Below are positions 56,748 through 64,000 of a stretch of 64,000 nucleotides of DNA, piece after piece. Source of the stretch: a virus (taxonomy: Duplodnaviria > Caudoviricetes); IMG/VR virus record IMGVR_UViG_2974518997_000001, positions 33,758 through 97,757 of that record. One strand, given 5' to 3'. The position numbers were made by a program, and so were the translations under genes. How positions within the stretch are numbered: the first letter of the stretch is position 1; every line of letters starts with the position of its first letter. The notes beneath the pieces are model-generated. The model was not told the DNA's origin, did not search any database, and saw only the letters and a program-made list of their open reading frames with translations.

Positions 56748-57472
56748 TGGTCGAGTCGTTCTCCAGTTCGGAGGATCTGGGCATGATCGCCCTGACCCTC
56801 CGAACTGGAGGTGAGATCTGGCTGGCCGCGGCGTCCATCTACGCGGTGGAGAAGGACCCGAAGGAGGACTTCACCGCGGTCAAGACGATGGGCGAGATGC
56901 TCGGCGTCGTGGAGACTCCTCGGGTCATCTTCGACACGATCGAGGCGATCCAGCGCAACGCGGCACACCGTGCTGAGCGTCGTGCGGTCGAGGAGTTCGT
57001 GGACTTCATCACCGAGAACGAGATCGACGTGGAGGGTGTCCGCGACTCCGCGATCACTCTGCTCGAGTCGGACGCTCGCATGAAGGAGATCCGCAAGCGC
57101 GGTCTGGCGAAGAACGAGCTCATGACGAAGGCCGAAGAGGACCGGATCCGCGCCGAGCAGGAGGCCGCGTACAAGCGCGAGCGTCTGCAGGAGCTGGTGA
57201 AGGACCTCGGGCTGAGTCCGGCCGACACGGCGGAGATCCTCGGTCTGCAGGTCGCGTCACCGCGGTTCGACGGCGGCGACGTGGACCCGGACAGCCTGAC
57301 CGACGATCAGCTGCGTCAGAAGCTCCGCAACGACGGGCTGGACGACGCGTCGATCGAGAACATCATCGGCTACCGGCACGACAACAAGATCGAGGACGAG
57401 TTCGGCTCGGACCTCGGAGACACGCTGGACCAGATGCGCAAGCGGGACGGACGGGAGGGTGACCGTGGCTAG
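56747..57472 (+). CDS. Hypothetical protein
   Basis: TGATG coupling. Confidence 0.65.
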   Translation: MVESFSSSEDLGMIALTLRTGGEIWLAAASIYAVEKDPKEDFTAVKTMGEMLGVVETPRVIFDTIEAIQRNAAHRAERRAVEEFVDFITENEIDVEGVRDSAITLLESDARMKEIRKRGLAKNELMTKAEEDRIRAEQEAAYKRERLQELVKDLGLSPADTAEILGLQVASPRFDGGDVDPDSLTDDQLRQKLRNDGLDDASIENIIGYRHDNKIEDEFGSDLGDTLDQMRKRDGREGDRG

Positions 57473-57884
57473 GACGAAGAGCAAGAAGAAGGAGCTCTCC
57501 GAGGCAGAGATCGAGGCGAACTCCACGGCCATGATCGAGCTCCGCCGGCATCGCGACGAGCAGATCCGGCTGATCCACGGGAATCCTCGGGAGCTCTACG
57601 TGGCCGACCGGAAGTTCGCGGTCGTGCGCGAGGGCGCTCGCTTCGAGGGCATCGTGGAGCACGGCAAGTATTGGTCGGGCTACTCCCGGCCGCTCGAGCT
57701 GGGCGAGGTCATCGTTTGTGAGGGCTGGAAGCCCGGCATGGACACCGACCAGGAAGGCGTGAACTGGACCGGCGCTCGCATGCCGGAAGGCACGCTGCTC
57801 TGGTGCCAGGTCTGGCCGATCAACGGGCTGTTCACACCCTGGCCGCTGCCGGGGTATCTCAAGGCACTGCCGGACGACTTCTGA
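57459..57884 (+). CDS. Hypothetical protein
   Basis: GGAGG RBS (start may be 57465). Confidence 0.65.
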   Translation: MTVARTKSKKKELSEAEIEANSTAMIELRRHRDEQIRLIHGNPRELYVADRKFAVVREGARFEGIVEHGKYWSGYSRPLELGEVIVCEGWKPGMDTDQEGVNWTGARMPEGTLLWCQVWPINGLFTPWPLPGYLKALPDDF

Positions 57885-57894
57885 GGAGGAGACG

Positions 57895-58332
57895 ATGAAC
57901 ATCAGCATGGAGCGTCTCTACAGCGACGCTACGATCCGCAAGGGCGACAAGCTCCGCTCGAACAAGCTCGCGGTGCAGGTCGACGCCGAGGACGCGAACG
58001 TCTGGTGGGTCAAGGGCTCGAACGGCACGAAGTACCGCGTGCAGCAGGTGGTGATTCAGGACACCGAGGAGGAGACTCGTCAGGAGTTCGCGGATCTCGC
58101 GCCCGAGCTGCCGTACCTGACGTGCTCGTGCCCGAACGGGCAGAACCGCGCACGGCCGCAGTGCTACCACACGGCCGCGGTGATGCACATCATCCTCGAT
58201 GGGACTCAGGCCGAGTACCCGGTCATGAGCGATCCGGACCCGTTGAACGAGGACTTCCTCGACGACGACACGGCCCGATCGCTGAAGGACCAGGGCTTCT
58301 CGGACGACGAGATCGCGTTCCTTCGATCCTGA
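57895..58332 (+). CDS. SWIM zinc-finger protein
   Basis: V.GS.G..Y.V...CSCP...CYH. Confidence 0.8.
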   Translation: MNISMERLYSDATIRKGDKLRSNKLAVQVDAEDANVWWVKGSNGTKYRVQQVVIQDTEEETRQEFADLAPELPYLTCSCPNGQNRARPQCYHTAAVMHIILDGTQAEYPVMSDPDPLNEDFLDDDTARSLKDQGFSDDEIAFLRS

Positions 58333-58333
58333 G

Positions 58334-58344
58334 CGTGCTACGCT
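58334..58344 (+). promoter_or_regulatory. Extended -10 promoter (GTGCTACGCT) for the RNA locus
   Basis: Directly after the SWIM gene stop, ahead of the tRNA cluster. Confidence 0.5.
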
Positions 58345-58543
58345 CGCAGAACAAATCGTCGGTCGCCTCGAGCGGCCAGCGCGCACAGAACTTCTCGCAT
58401 GGGAGTCGGGTGATGATCGGTCCCGACCGGGTAGCTCCGGAAGAATGCAGGTTCGGCTCGGCGTCCTAGGCCCGGTCGCACCGAAGGATTGGTCTCCTCT
58501 GAACGACCCGGTGCCGGCACCCTGATAATGGAGCTGGCGCTGT

Positions 58544-58616
58544 TCCGAGATAGCTCAGCTGGCAGAGCTCGCGATTGTTAATCGCGCGGTCGGTGGTTCG
58601 ATCCCACCTCTCGGAG
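58544..58616 (+). tRNA. tRNA-Asn (GTT)
   Basis: Full cloverleaf; CGCGA-TTGTTAA-TCGCG anticodon arm; CCA not encoded. Confidence 0.92.
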
Positions 58617-58680
58617 CGCGGAGTGGTCGGGGAGTATGTGTCAGACGTGGCATGTGCGGTGATCCGGCCACCTCTGCCGG

Positions 58681-58752
58681 TCCCCGCTGGCGTAATGGCA
58701 TCGCGTCTGATTCTGGATCAGAAGACTCCTGGTTCGACCCCAGGGTGGGGAG
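58681..58752 (+). tRNA. tRNA-Gln (CTG)
   Basis: TCTGA-TTCTGGA-TCAGA arm; CCTGG-TTCGACC-CCAGG T arm. Confidence 0.88.
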
Positions 58753-58884
58753 CAAGTGCTGAGACTGCGCACCCGGTTGCTTGGAGCGACTGCGCACAGC
58801 ATGAGAAGGTGGACTTCCTCTCGTCGACTTCAAGCGGCGTGAGGGACAGATCTTCGGCCGCCGTGGCCCTTCCTCGGCGGTTCT

Positions 58885-58957
58885 GGGTTGCTAGCTCAAT
58901 TGGCAGAGCGCCGGTCTCCAAAACCGGAGGTTCGAGGTTCGATCCCTCGGCGGCCCG
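58885..58957 (+). tRNA. tRNA-Trp (CCA)
   Basis: CCGGT-CTCCAAA-ACCGG arm; canonical D and T arms. Confidence 0.92.
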
Positions 58958-58958
58958 C

Positions 58959-58994
58959 GGTTGCAGGTTCGAGTCCTGCCGGGTTCCTGACCCG
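58959..58994 (+). ncRNA. Orphan tRNA T-arm followed by a closed hairpin
   Basis: GCAGG-TTCGAGT-CCTGC then CGGGT-TCCTG-ACCCG. Confidence 0.55.
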
Positions 58995-59128
58995 TACATC
59001 AAAGTCCTGGGCACCATACCTGGCCGTGGACGTGGTAGAAGAGCGACAGGCGCTCCACCGGTGAAGGCCCGGGTACGTTCGAGGATCTTCCATCATTCGC
59101 GTGGTGGTCGCGGGATCTTCGGGCGTGC

Positions 59129-59288
59129 GGGACGGTAGCTCAGTTGGCAGAGCAGCGGCAGGATCCGCCCGATGGCGGCAGAACACACTCGGTACTCGGG
59201 AGGTCTAGGCCAGGCCTAGGATCGGGGAGAAGAGACTGCACAGTCGGGAAGCGTCCGCAGGTCGGGTGTTCAAATCACCCCCGTTCCA
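59129..59288 (+). ncRNA. tRNA-shaped RNA with Ala identity and a ~95-nt insert replacing the anticodon loop
   Basis: GGGACGG/CCGTTCC-A acceptor (G3.U70); complete D arm; GGGTG-TTCAAAT-CACCC T arm. Confidence 0.75.
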
Positions 59289-59307
59289 CGCCATAATCGA
59301 ATAGCAC

Positions 59308-59380
59308 GGCTCCGTAGCTCAGTTGGTAGAGCGCTCGATTGAAAATCGAGAGGTCCCTGGTTCAAGCCCAGGCGTTGCCA
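59308..59380 (+). tRNA. tRNA-Phe (GAA) with two acceptor-stem mismatches
   Basis: CTCGA-TTGAAAA-TCGAG arm; acceptor GGCTCCG/CGTTGCC. Confidence 0.8.
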
Positions 59381-59495
59381 CAGGCGTCACGAAGTAACGG
59401 CGTCACCACGGCTTGCTCAAGGGACTCCTGGCTTGAGAGCGTAGCCGGCTGACAGACGACTACTCACGACCCTGGCGCGCGGCCGATAAACGCAG

Positions 59496-59531
59496 AGAGG
59501 CTCCACCTGTGCCACACAGGTGGAGCCTTTT
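59496..59531 (+). terminator. Rho-independent terminator ending the RNA locus
   Basis: AGGCTCCACCTGTG-CCA-CACAGGTGGAGCCT-TTT. Confidence 0.85.
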
Positions 59532-59559
59532 GCATGCCCTTCGTCAACGGGCCAGCTAG

Positions 59560-59586
59560 CGTAGTACGCCCCTACCGTAGTACGCT
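59560..59586 (+). promoter_or_regulatory. Two CGTAGTACGC copies; the second supplies -10 TACGCT for a likely leaderless mRNA
   Basis: Same 10-mer as at 5790; ATG 8 nt downstream; no SD sequence. Confidence 0.5.
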
Positions 59587-59594
59587 CCCTAGTT

Positions 59595-59873
59595 ATGGTC
59601 GATCCTCTCCCCACGCCGGGCCTCCCGTGCCCCGAGTGCCGAGAGCGACTCCTTCGCGACGGCCGCGACATCGAGGGCATGAACCGCATCGGCAACCGCC
59701 GCGGAACGTGCACCACGTGCAACAACTTCAACCAGGCGGTCATGCGCCTCACGCGCGCTCGGCTGAAGGAGATGCACGAAGAGGAATATGAGCGTCTGCG
59801 CGTCCGCGTGGAGATGGACCTCTACCCCGGGGTCATCGAGAAGTGGAACGTCACGCACGGACTGGTGACCTGA
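59595..59873 (+). CDS. Zn-finger hypothetical protein
   Basis: CPEC...CTTC. Confidence 0.7.
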   Translation: MVDPLPTPGLPCPECRERLLRDGRDIEGMNRIGNRRGTCTTCNNFNQAVMRLTRARLKEMHEEEYERLRVRVEMDLYPGVIEKWNVTHGLVT

Positions 59874-60451
59874 TGCCGCTCGAGACTCCGACGTTCATCC
59901 AGGCGGTGCCGTGGGAGCGTGAGCGCGCGGTGCTCGCGGCGAAGCTGAGGCTCCAGACCGGTGGCACCGTGATCTGGGACGAAGAGCACAGCGGCCTGGC
60001 GACGTGGATGAAGGTCCTCGAGGCGATGGGCGAGGGTGCCGGCATCCTTCTCGAGGACGACGTGATCCTCACCTCGAACTGGCGTCAGAAGATCGAGACG
60101 GTGATCTCGCACCACCCGCGGTCGATCATTCGGTTCTGGAGCGACCTCGAGGCCGACGTGACCGAAGGGTCCCGTTGGAAGCCCGGGAAGACCTTCTTCG
60201 CGAACCTCTGCGTCTACTACCCGCCGACGTACGCCCGTCAGCAGCTGGAGTGGTGCCGGAAGCGCTCGCTGAAGAGCTGGAACAAGCTCCACGACCACGT
60301 CACCGGACTCTGGCTGGACAGCCGAGGCGAGGACTACTGGCTGCAGGTCCCGTCGCTGGTCCAGCACCGCGGTGACCTGAAGAGCGTGGCGGCACCGCGC
60401 CGGCCTCTCGGCCGCGTGAGCCGCACCTTCGAGACGGAGGCGGCACAGTGA
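59873..60451 (+). CDS. Putative GT-A fold glycosyltransferase
   Basis: LLEDDVIL acidic motif; PSLVQH tail. Confidence 0.65.
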   Translation: MPLETPTFIQAVPWERERAVLAAKLRLQTGGTVIWDEEHSGLATWMKVLEAMGEGAGILLEDDVILTSNWRQKIETVISHHPRSIIRFWSDLEADVTEGSRWKPGKTFFANLCVYYPPTYARQQLEWCRKRSLKSWNKLHDHVTGLWLDSRGEDYWLQVPSLVQHRGDLKSVAAPRRPLGRVSRTFETEAAQ

Positions 60452-61233
60452 GCCTGACCATGCACATCCTGCACGTGCCCGGAGCGGACAGCCGCCGTGA
60501 CGCGTTCATCGAGACGTACCGCGCGATGGAGGCCGAGCACGTCGGTCTGAACGTCTGCGTGCACGAGGATCCTCAGCGCCGCGGCCTGATGCCGAACTGG
60601 CTGGAGGCACTGGCCTGCGCGGTGAAGGACGGCAACCGCTGGTCGCTGCTGATGCAGGACGACGCGGATCCGGTGCACCAGCACCCTCAGCAGCTGAAGG
60701 ATCTCCTCGATGAGGCGCTCTGGTACTCGCCGAGCCCGGTGCTGTGCCTGAGCCACGTCGGCAACGTCACGCAGGGCGCGCTGAAGAACCGCGTGCCGTA
60801 CGTGACCGGGCCCCACCTGATCTGGGGTGCCGCGGTCGCCGTGCGCCAGGACTACCTCGAAGGCCTGGTCGAGTGGGCTCATGGGGTCTACGGCCGGTTC
60901 GGCTACCCTCACGACGACGTCATGATGAGCGCCTACGCGAACAAGCTGGGCCTGGACACTGCGTGCACGACCGTGGCGCTGTTCGACCAGACGGCGGAGA
61001 GCTCCCTCCTCGGACATCACGAGGGGTCGTTCCGTCGACCGCGCGTCGGCATCTGGAACACGCGGGTGATCCCGTTCTCGTCAGTCCCTCGGTCCGTTCG
61101 GAAGGCCACCTGCGGAGCGCCGAAGCAGCGCGCCTGGCTGGTGTCCCTCGGGACGCCGGCGGAGCATCCGACTCACGCCTACCGGCCGATCCGCGCGGGT
61201 GCGGTCAGCTGGCTCCCGAAGGACGGTGCCTGA
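60448..61233 (+). CDS. Putative glycosyltransferase
   Basis: LLMQDDA; HDD; resembles the upstream gene. Confidence 0.6.
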   Translation: MSLTMHILHVPGADSRRDAFIETYRAMEAEHVGLNVCVHEDPQRRGLMPNWLEALACAVKDGNRWSLLMQDDADPVHQHPQQLKDLLDEALWYSPSPVLCLSHVGNVTQGALKNRVPYVTGPHLIWGAAVAVRQDYLEGLVEWAHGVYGRFGYPHDDVMMSAYANKLGLDTACTTVALFDQTAESSLLGHHEGSFRRPRVGIWNTRVIPFSSVPRSVRKATCGAPKQRAWLVSLGTPAEHPTHAYRPIRAGAVSWLPKDGA

Positions 61234-62228
61234 TGGGCAAGTTCAACCCTGTCGTCGGCTACAGCCGCCAGTTCACGCCGACTCTGCACGAGGAGGAGCT
61301 CGCCTGGTTCCTCGAGGAGGCTCCGACGTGGACCTGGCGCTGGGCGTCGTCGTTCGCCGACAACGCTCCGCACAGCTACATCGTGAAGGGCGAGCAGGTC
61401 TCGAAGGAGATCTACGAGCGCGCGGTGCGCGTGGTGATGGCTCTCGGGCAGCCGGCGAACTACTACCGGCGGGTGAACATCGAGCTGAAGCTCCCGGAGA
61501 TGGAGATCATGTTCGGCGCGCCGTTCGCCGAGAAGTTCATCACCGGCGTGAAGTTCTGGCCGATGACGAACCGCATGACCGTGTCGAAGGTGCTGAACAT
61601 GGCCCCGGTCGACATGTCGTACGGCGCGCAGACGGCAGCCGCCTCGAAGGGCCCGTTCACGCGGCCAAGCCGGTTCGACTTCGTGGCGGCCGACTGGGAC
61701 GACGTGAAGGCGGACTACTACGCCACGCTCCGCACGCGTCTGTGGCAGCTGCTGAACGACAACGACGGGTTCATCGACTCGGTCGTCGAGCTGGGACCGA
61801 CCACGGGCTACGTCCGTGACTTCTCGCTGGTCCACCCGAAGAGCGAGTACACGATCGTCGATGGCAGCCAGGGCATGCTCAACCAGGCGATCTTCAAGCA
61901 CAACGTGCAGCACGTGGTCCCGACCAGCCCGAACGAGTGGCTGAATCCGTGGCATCCCCTCGGTGATCAGCAGAAGCCGCACACGCTGGTGTCGCTGTTC
62001 GGATCGGCATCCTTCCTGAAGCCCGAGGCCGTACGCTGGGCGTACGAGGCCGCGCGTGAGCAGCTGGTGCTGATGCACCACAACGTCGACGGCCATCAGC
62101 TCGACCTGAACATCCGGATCCCGCAGTGGAACACGGAGAGTCGACGAGCCGCGGCGGCACTGCCCGGGGCATACACGTTCCAGATGGACGGATACGACGT
62201 CACGGTCGTCAAGAAGGGGTCGAGATGA
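61233..62228 (+). CDS. Unknown N-terminal domain plus class I SAM methyltransferase-like domain
   Basis: FD..A..WD; VVELGPTTG; VDGSQGML; SLFGSASF. Confidence 0.65.
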   Translation: MGKFNPVVGYSRQFTPTLHEEELAWFLEEAPTWTWRWASSFADNAPHSYIVKGEQVSKEIYERAVRVVMALGQPANYYRRVNIELKLPEMEIMFGAPFAEKFITGVKFWPMTNRMTVSKVLNMAPVDMSYGAQTAAASKGPFTRPSRFDFVAADWDDVKADYYATLRTRLWQLLNDNDGFIDSVVELGPTTGYVRDFSLVHPKSEYTIVDGSQGMLNQAIFKHNVQHVVPTSPNEWLNPWHPLGDQQKPHTLVSLFGSASFLKPEAVRWAYEAAREQLVLMHHNVDGHQLDLNIRIPQWNTESRRAAAALPGAYTFQMDGYDVTVVKKGSR

Positions 62229-62707
62229 TCGAGGTAGTGGGGTCGTTCGACCCACGAGTGCAGAGGCTCGAGGAAGAGCTGCAGCTGGGCTACGAGAAGA
62301 GCTACGGGCAGCCGGATCCGAATCCTGAGGGCGGCATCGAGGGCTGCGACATGCCCTACGGCTTCGTGCTGCTGGACACCGAGAAGGGCCGATCGCGCGG
62401 CATGATCGCGACGCGGCTGGTGAACGGCCGGGCCCTCTCGGGACGCCTGTACGTGGAGCCGCGGTTCCGCCGGCAGGGCGTGGCGCGCGGGCTGCTCCTC
62501 TACCAGGAGGGCTTCCTCATGGGTCGCGGCATCCGGGAGATCTGGATGGAGACCGAGGACACGAACCGGCCGATCATCGCGCTGCGCACGTCCATGGGCT
62601 TCAAGCCGATCGCGCCGTACGGCTACTACACCGACAACGAGACGAGCGTCTTCTACGGGAAGACCCTGCGGTCTCAGATGATCATGAACGAAGGATGCGA
62701 GCGATGA
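62225..62707 (+). CDS. GNAT acetyltransferase
   Basis: LYV.PRFRRQGVAR; N..IIAL...MGF. Confidence 0.9.
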   Translation: MIEVVGSFDPRVQRLEEELQLGYEKSYGQPDPNPEGGIEGCDMPYGFVLLDTEKGRSRGMIATRLVNGRALSGRLYVEPRFRRQGVARGLLLYQEGFLMGRGIREIWMETEDTNRPIIALRTSMGFKPIAPYGYYTDNETSVFYGKTLRSQMIMNEGCER

Positions 62708-63996
62708 GCACGGAGATCGACGAGCTGGCCCCGAACGAGGTGCCGCTGGAGCTCCTCTCGGAAGAGCTCGAGGACCTGGACCTCGGGGATGACGAGGAGG
62801 ATGACGGCTTCGCCGGCACCGACACCTTCGTGAACCGCGGCCTGGTGGTCCTCGACATGGACGTGCACGAGGCAGCGCTCGCGCGCATCCGCTGGCTCTG
62901 GGACGAGTTCGACGGGAAGGTCAGCGTCTCGTTCTCGGGCGGCAAGGACTCCACCGTCGTGCTCGAGCTGGCGGCGATCGTCGCGCGGGAGCGCGGCCAG
63001 AAGCTGCGCGTGCAGTTCCTCGATCAGGAGGCGGAGTGGCAGTCCACGCGTGACTACGTCCGCTTCCTCAAGGACACCCGCGAGGACCTCGAGGTCGAGT
63101 GGTATCAGATCCCGTTCAAGATGTTCAACGCCTCGAGCCACGCGACCGAGGATAAGTGGGGCTTCATGTGGCCGGAGGGCGCTCCGGACGACTTCTACAT
63201 GCGGCCGCCGGAGGTCGACTCCATCCGCGTGAACGACTTCGGCACCGACCGTTTCAAGGAGGTTCTCGGAGCGATCAACAAGCGCGTCGGCGGCGTCCAC
63301 CTGACCGGCATGCGCGCGGAGGAGAGCCCGACGCGTCGTCTGGGCATGACCACCGCGCCGACGTACAAGTACGCCACGTGGGGTGCCGGCGATCCGGACG
63401 TGCCGAAGGACAAGCCGGGCGCGTTCTGGATGATGCACCCGATCTACGACTGGTCCTACCGCGATGTGTGGCAGGCGATCGAGTCGTACGGGTGGAAGTA
63501 CAACCGTCTCTACGACGAGATGTTCCGCTACGGCGTTCCGCACATGCAGATGCGCGTCTCGGCGCTGATCCACTCGGGAGCGGTCCGTGCGGTCGCGCAG
63601 GTGCAGGAGATCGAGCCGGAGACCTGGGAGGCGCTCGTGCGGCGCTTCGGTGGCGTGAACGCGGCGGCCCACACCGGCGTGAACGACATCCTCGAGCGCT
63701 ACCGCAAGAACAAGCCGAACGTCTTCGACACCTACGTCGAGTACTTCAACTACCTGGTCGACAACATCATCGACGAGGAGTACCAGGAGGGCTTCCGGAG
63801 TCAGTTCCGTCGGGCGCAGAAGATGCTCCCCTGGATGCACCCGGAGCGCATCGCGCAGAAGATGCTGGCCGCGGTGCTGAAGAACGACCGCAGCGACTAC
63901 ACGTTCTCGAAGTGGACCACAGGTTCGGTCCGCTGGGGCAAGCAGGTTCGACGGCAGACGGGCAAGTGGCCCGTTTCGGTTCCACTGGAGGATTGA
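62704..63996 (+). CDS. PAPS-reductase-family PP-loop protein (IbrA/YbdN, DUF3440-like)
   Basis: SFSGGKDS; DQEAE; GMRAEES..R; PIYDW...DVW; YN.LYD. Confidence 0.85.
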   Translation: MSTEIDELAPNEVPLELLSEELEDLDLGDDEEDDGFAGTDTFVNRGLVVLDMDVHEAALARIRWLWDEFDGKVSVSFSGGKDSTVVLELAAIVARERGQKLRVQFLDQEAEWQSTRDYVRFLKDTREDLEVEWYQIPFKMFNASSHATEDKWGFMWPEGAPDDFYMRPPEVDSIRVNDFGTDRFKEVLGAINKRVGGVHLTGMRAEESPTRRLGMTTAPTYKYATWGAGDPDVPKDKPGAFWMMHPIYDWSYRDVWQAIESYGWKYNRLYDEMFRYGVPHMQMRVSALIHSGAVRAVAQVQEIEPETWEALVRRFGGVNAAAHTGVNDILERYRKNKPNVFDTYVEYFNYLVDNIIDEEYQEGFRSQFRRAQKMLPWMHPERIAQKMLAAVLKNDRSDYTFSKWTTGSVRWGKQVRRQTGKWPVSVPLED

Positions 63997-64000
63997 GGAC

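Noticed and set aside
58428-58452. TCCGGAAGAATGCAG resembling SRP RNA helix 8
   Set aside because: The stem under the GGAA loop is mismatched and the CAGG/AGCA internal loop is not matched.
58440-58490. Possible twister or hammerhead ribozyme
   Set aside because: Only partial motif likeness; the conserved cores could not be assembled by eye.
59228-59247. AGAGACT...AGTC resembling group I intron P7
   Set aside because: The insert is far too short and the P3-P6 core is absent; at most a relic.
1-64000. Prophage or temperate status
   Set aside because: No integrase, repressor or host genes in the window; lifestyle cannot be established from this part.

Overview
This window is 64 kb from the middle of a high-GC actinobacterial siphovirus, probably infecting a Microbacteriaceae-like host (inferred from gene content, not proven). 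Almost all genes are on the + strand. Order: tail and head-tail module (1-18 kb: GDPD-like protein, frameshifting tail chaperone, tape measure, FN3-rich minor tails); lysis cassette (18-21 kb); three leftward genes; DNA polymerase A, primase-polymerase/helicase and a probable origin (23-29 kb); many small genes around an SNF2 helicase, PD-(D/E)XK nuclease, RtcB, MazG-like protein, Sak4-like ATPase/SSB and DUF932 (29-58 kb); a 1.2 kb tRNA/structured-RNA locus; and a GT/MTase/GNAT/PAPS-reductase operon. No integrase, repressor or CRISPR array is visible. Most notable signals: (1) a 160-nt tRNA-shaped RNA with alanine identity (G3.U70, A73) whose anticodon loop is replaced by a ~95-nt structured insert carrying a short ORF, resembling a miniature tmRNA or an intron-containing tRNA; (2) five extended -10 promoters, each followed by a hairpin with a different stem but an invariant AAGGG loop; (3) a LAXTG sortase-anchored protein whose repeat lengths are mirror-symmetric, implying a long antiparallel stalk; (4) two inverted polypyrimidine/polypurine elements 36 kb apart. 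Product calls come from motif recognition and synteny only; no searches were run.
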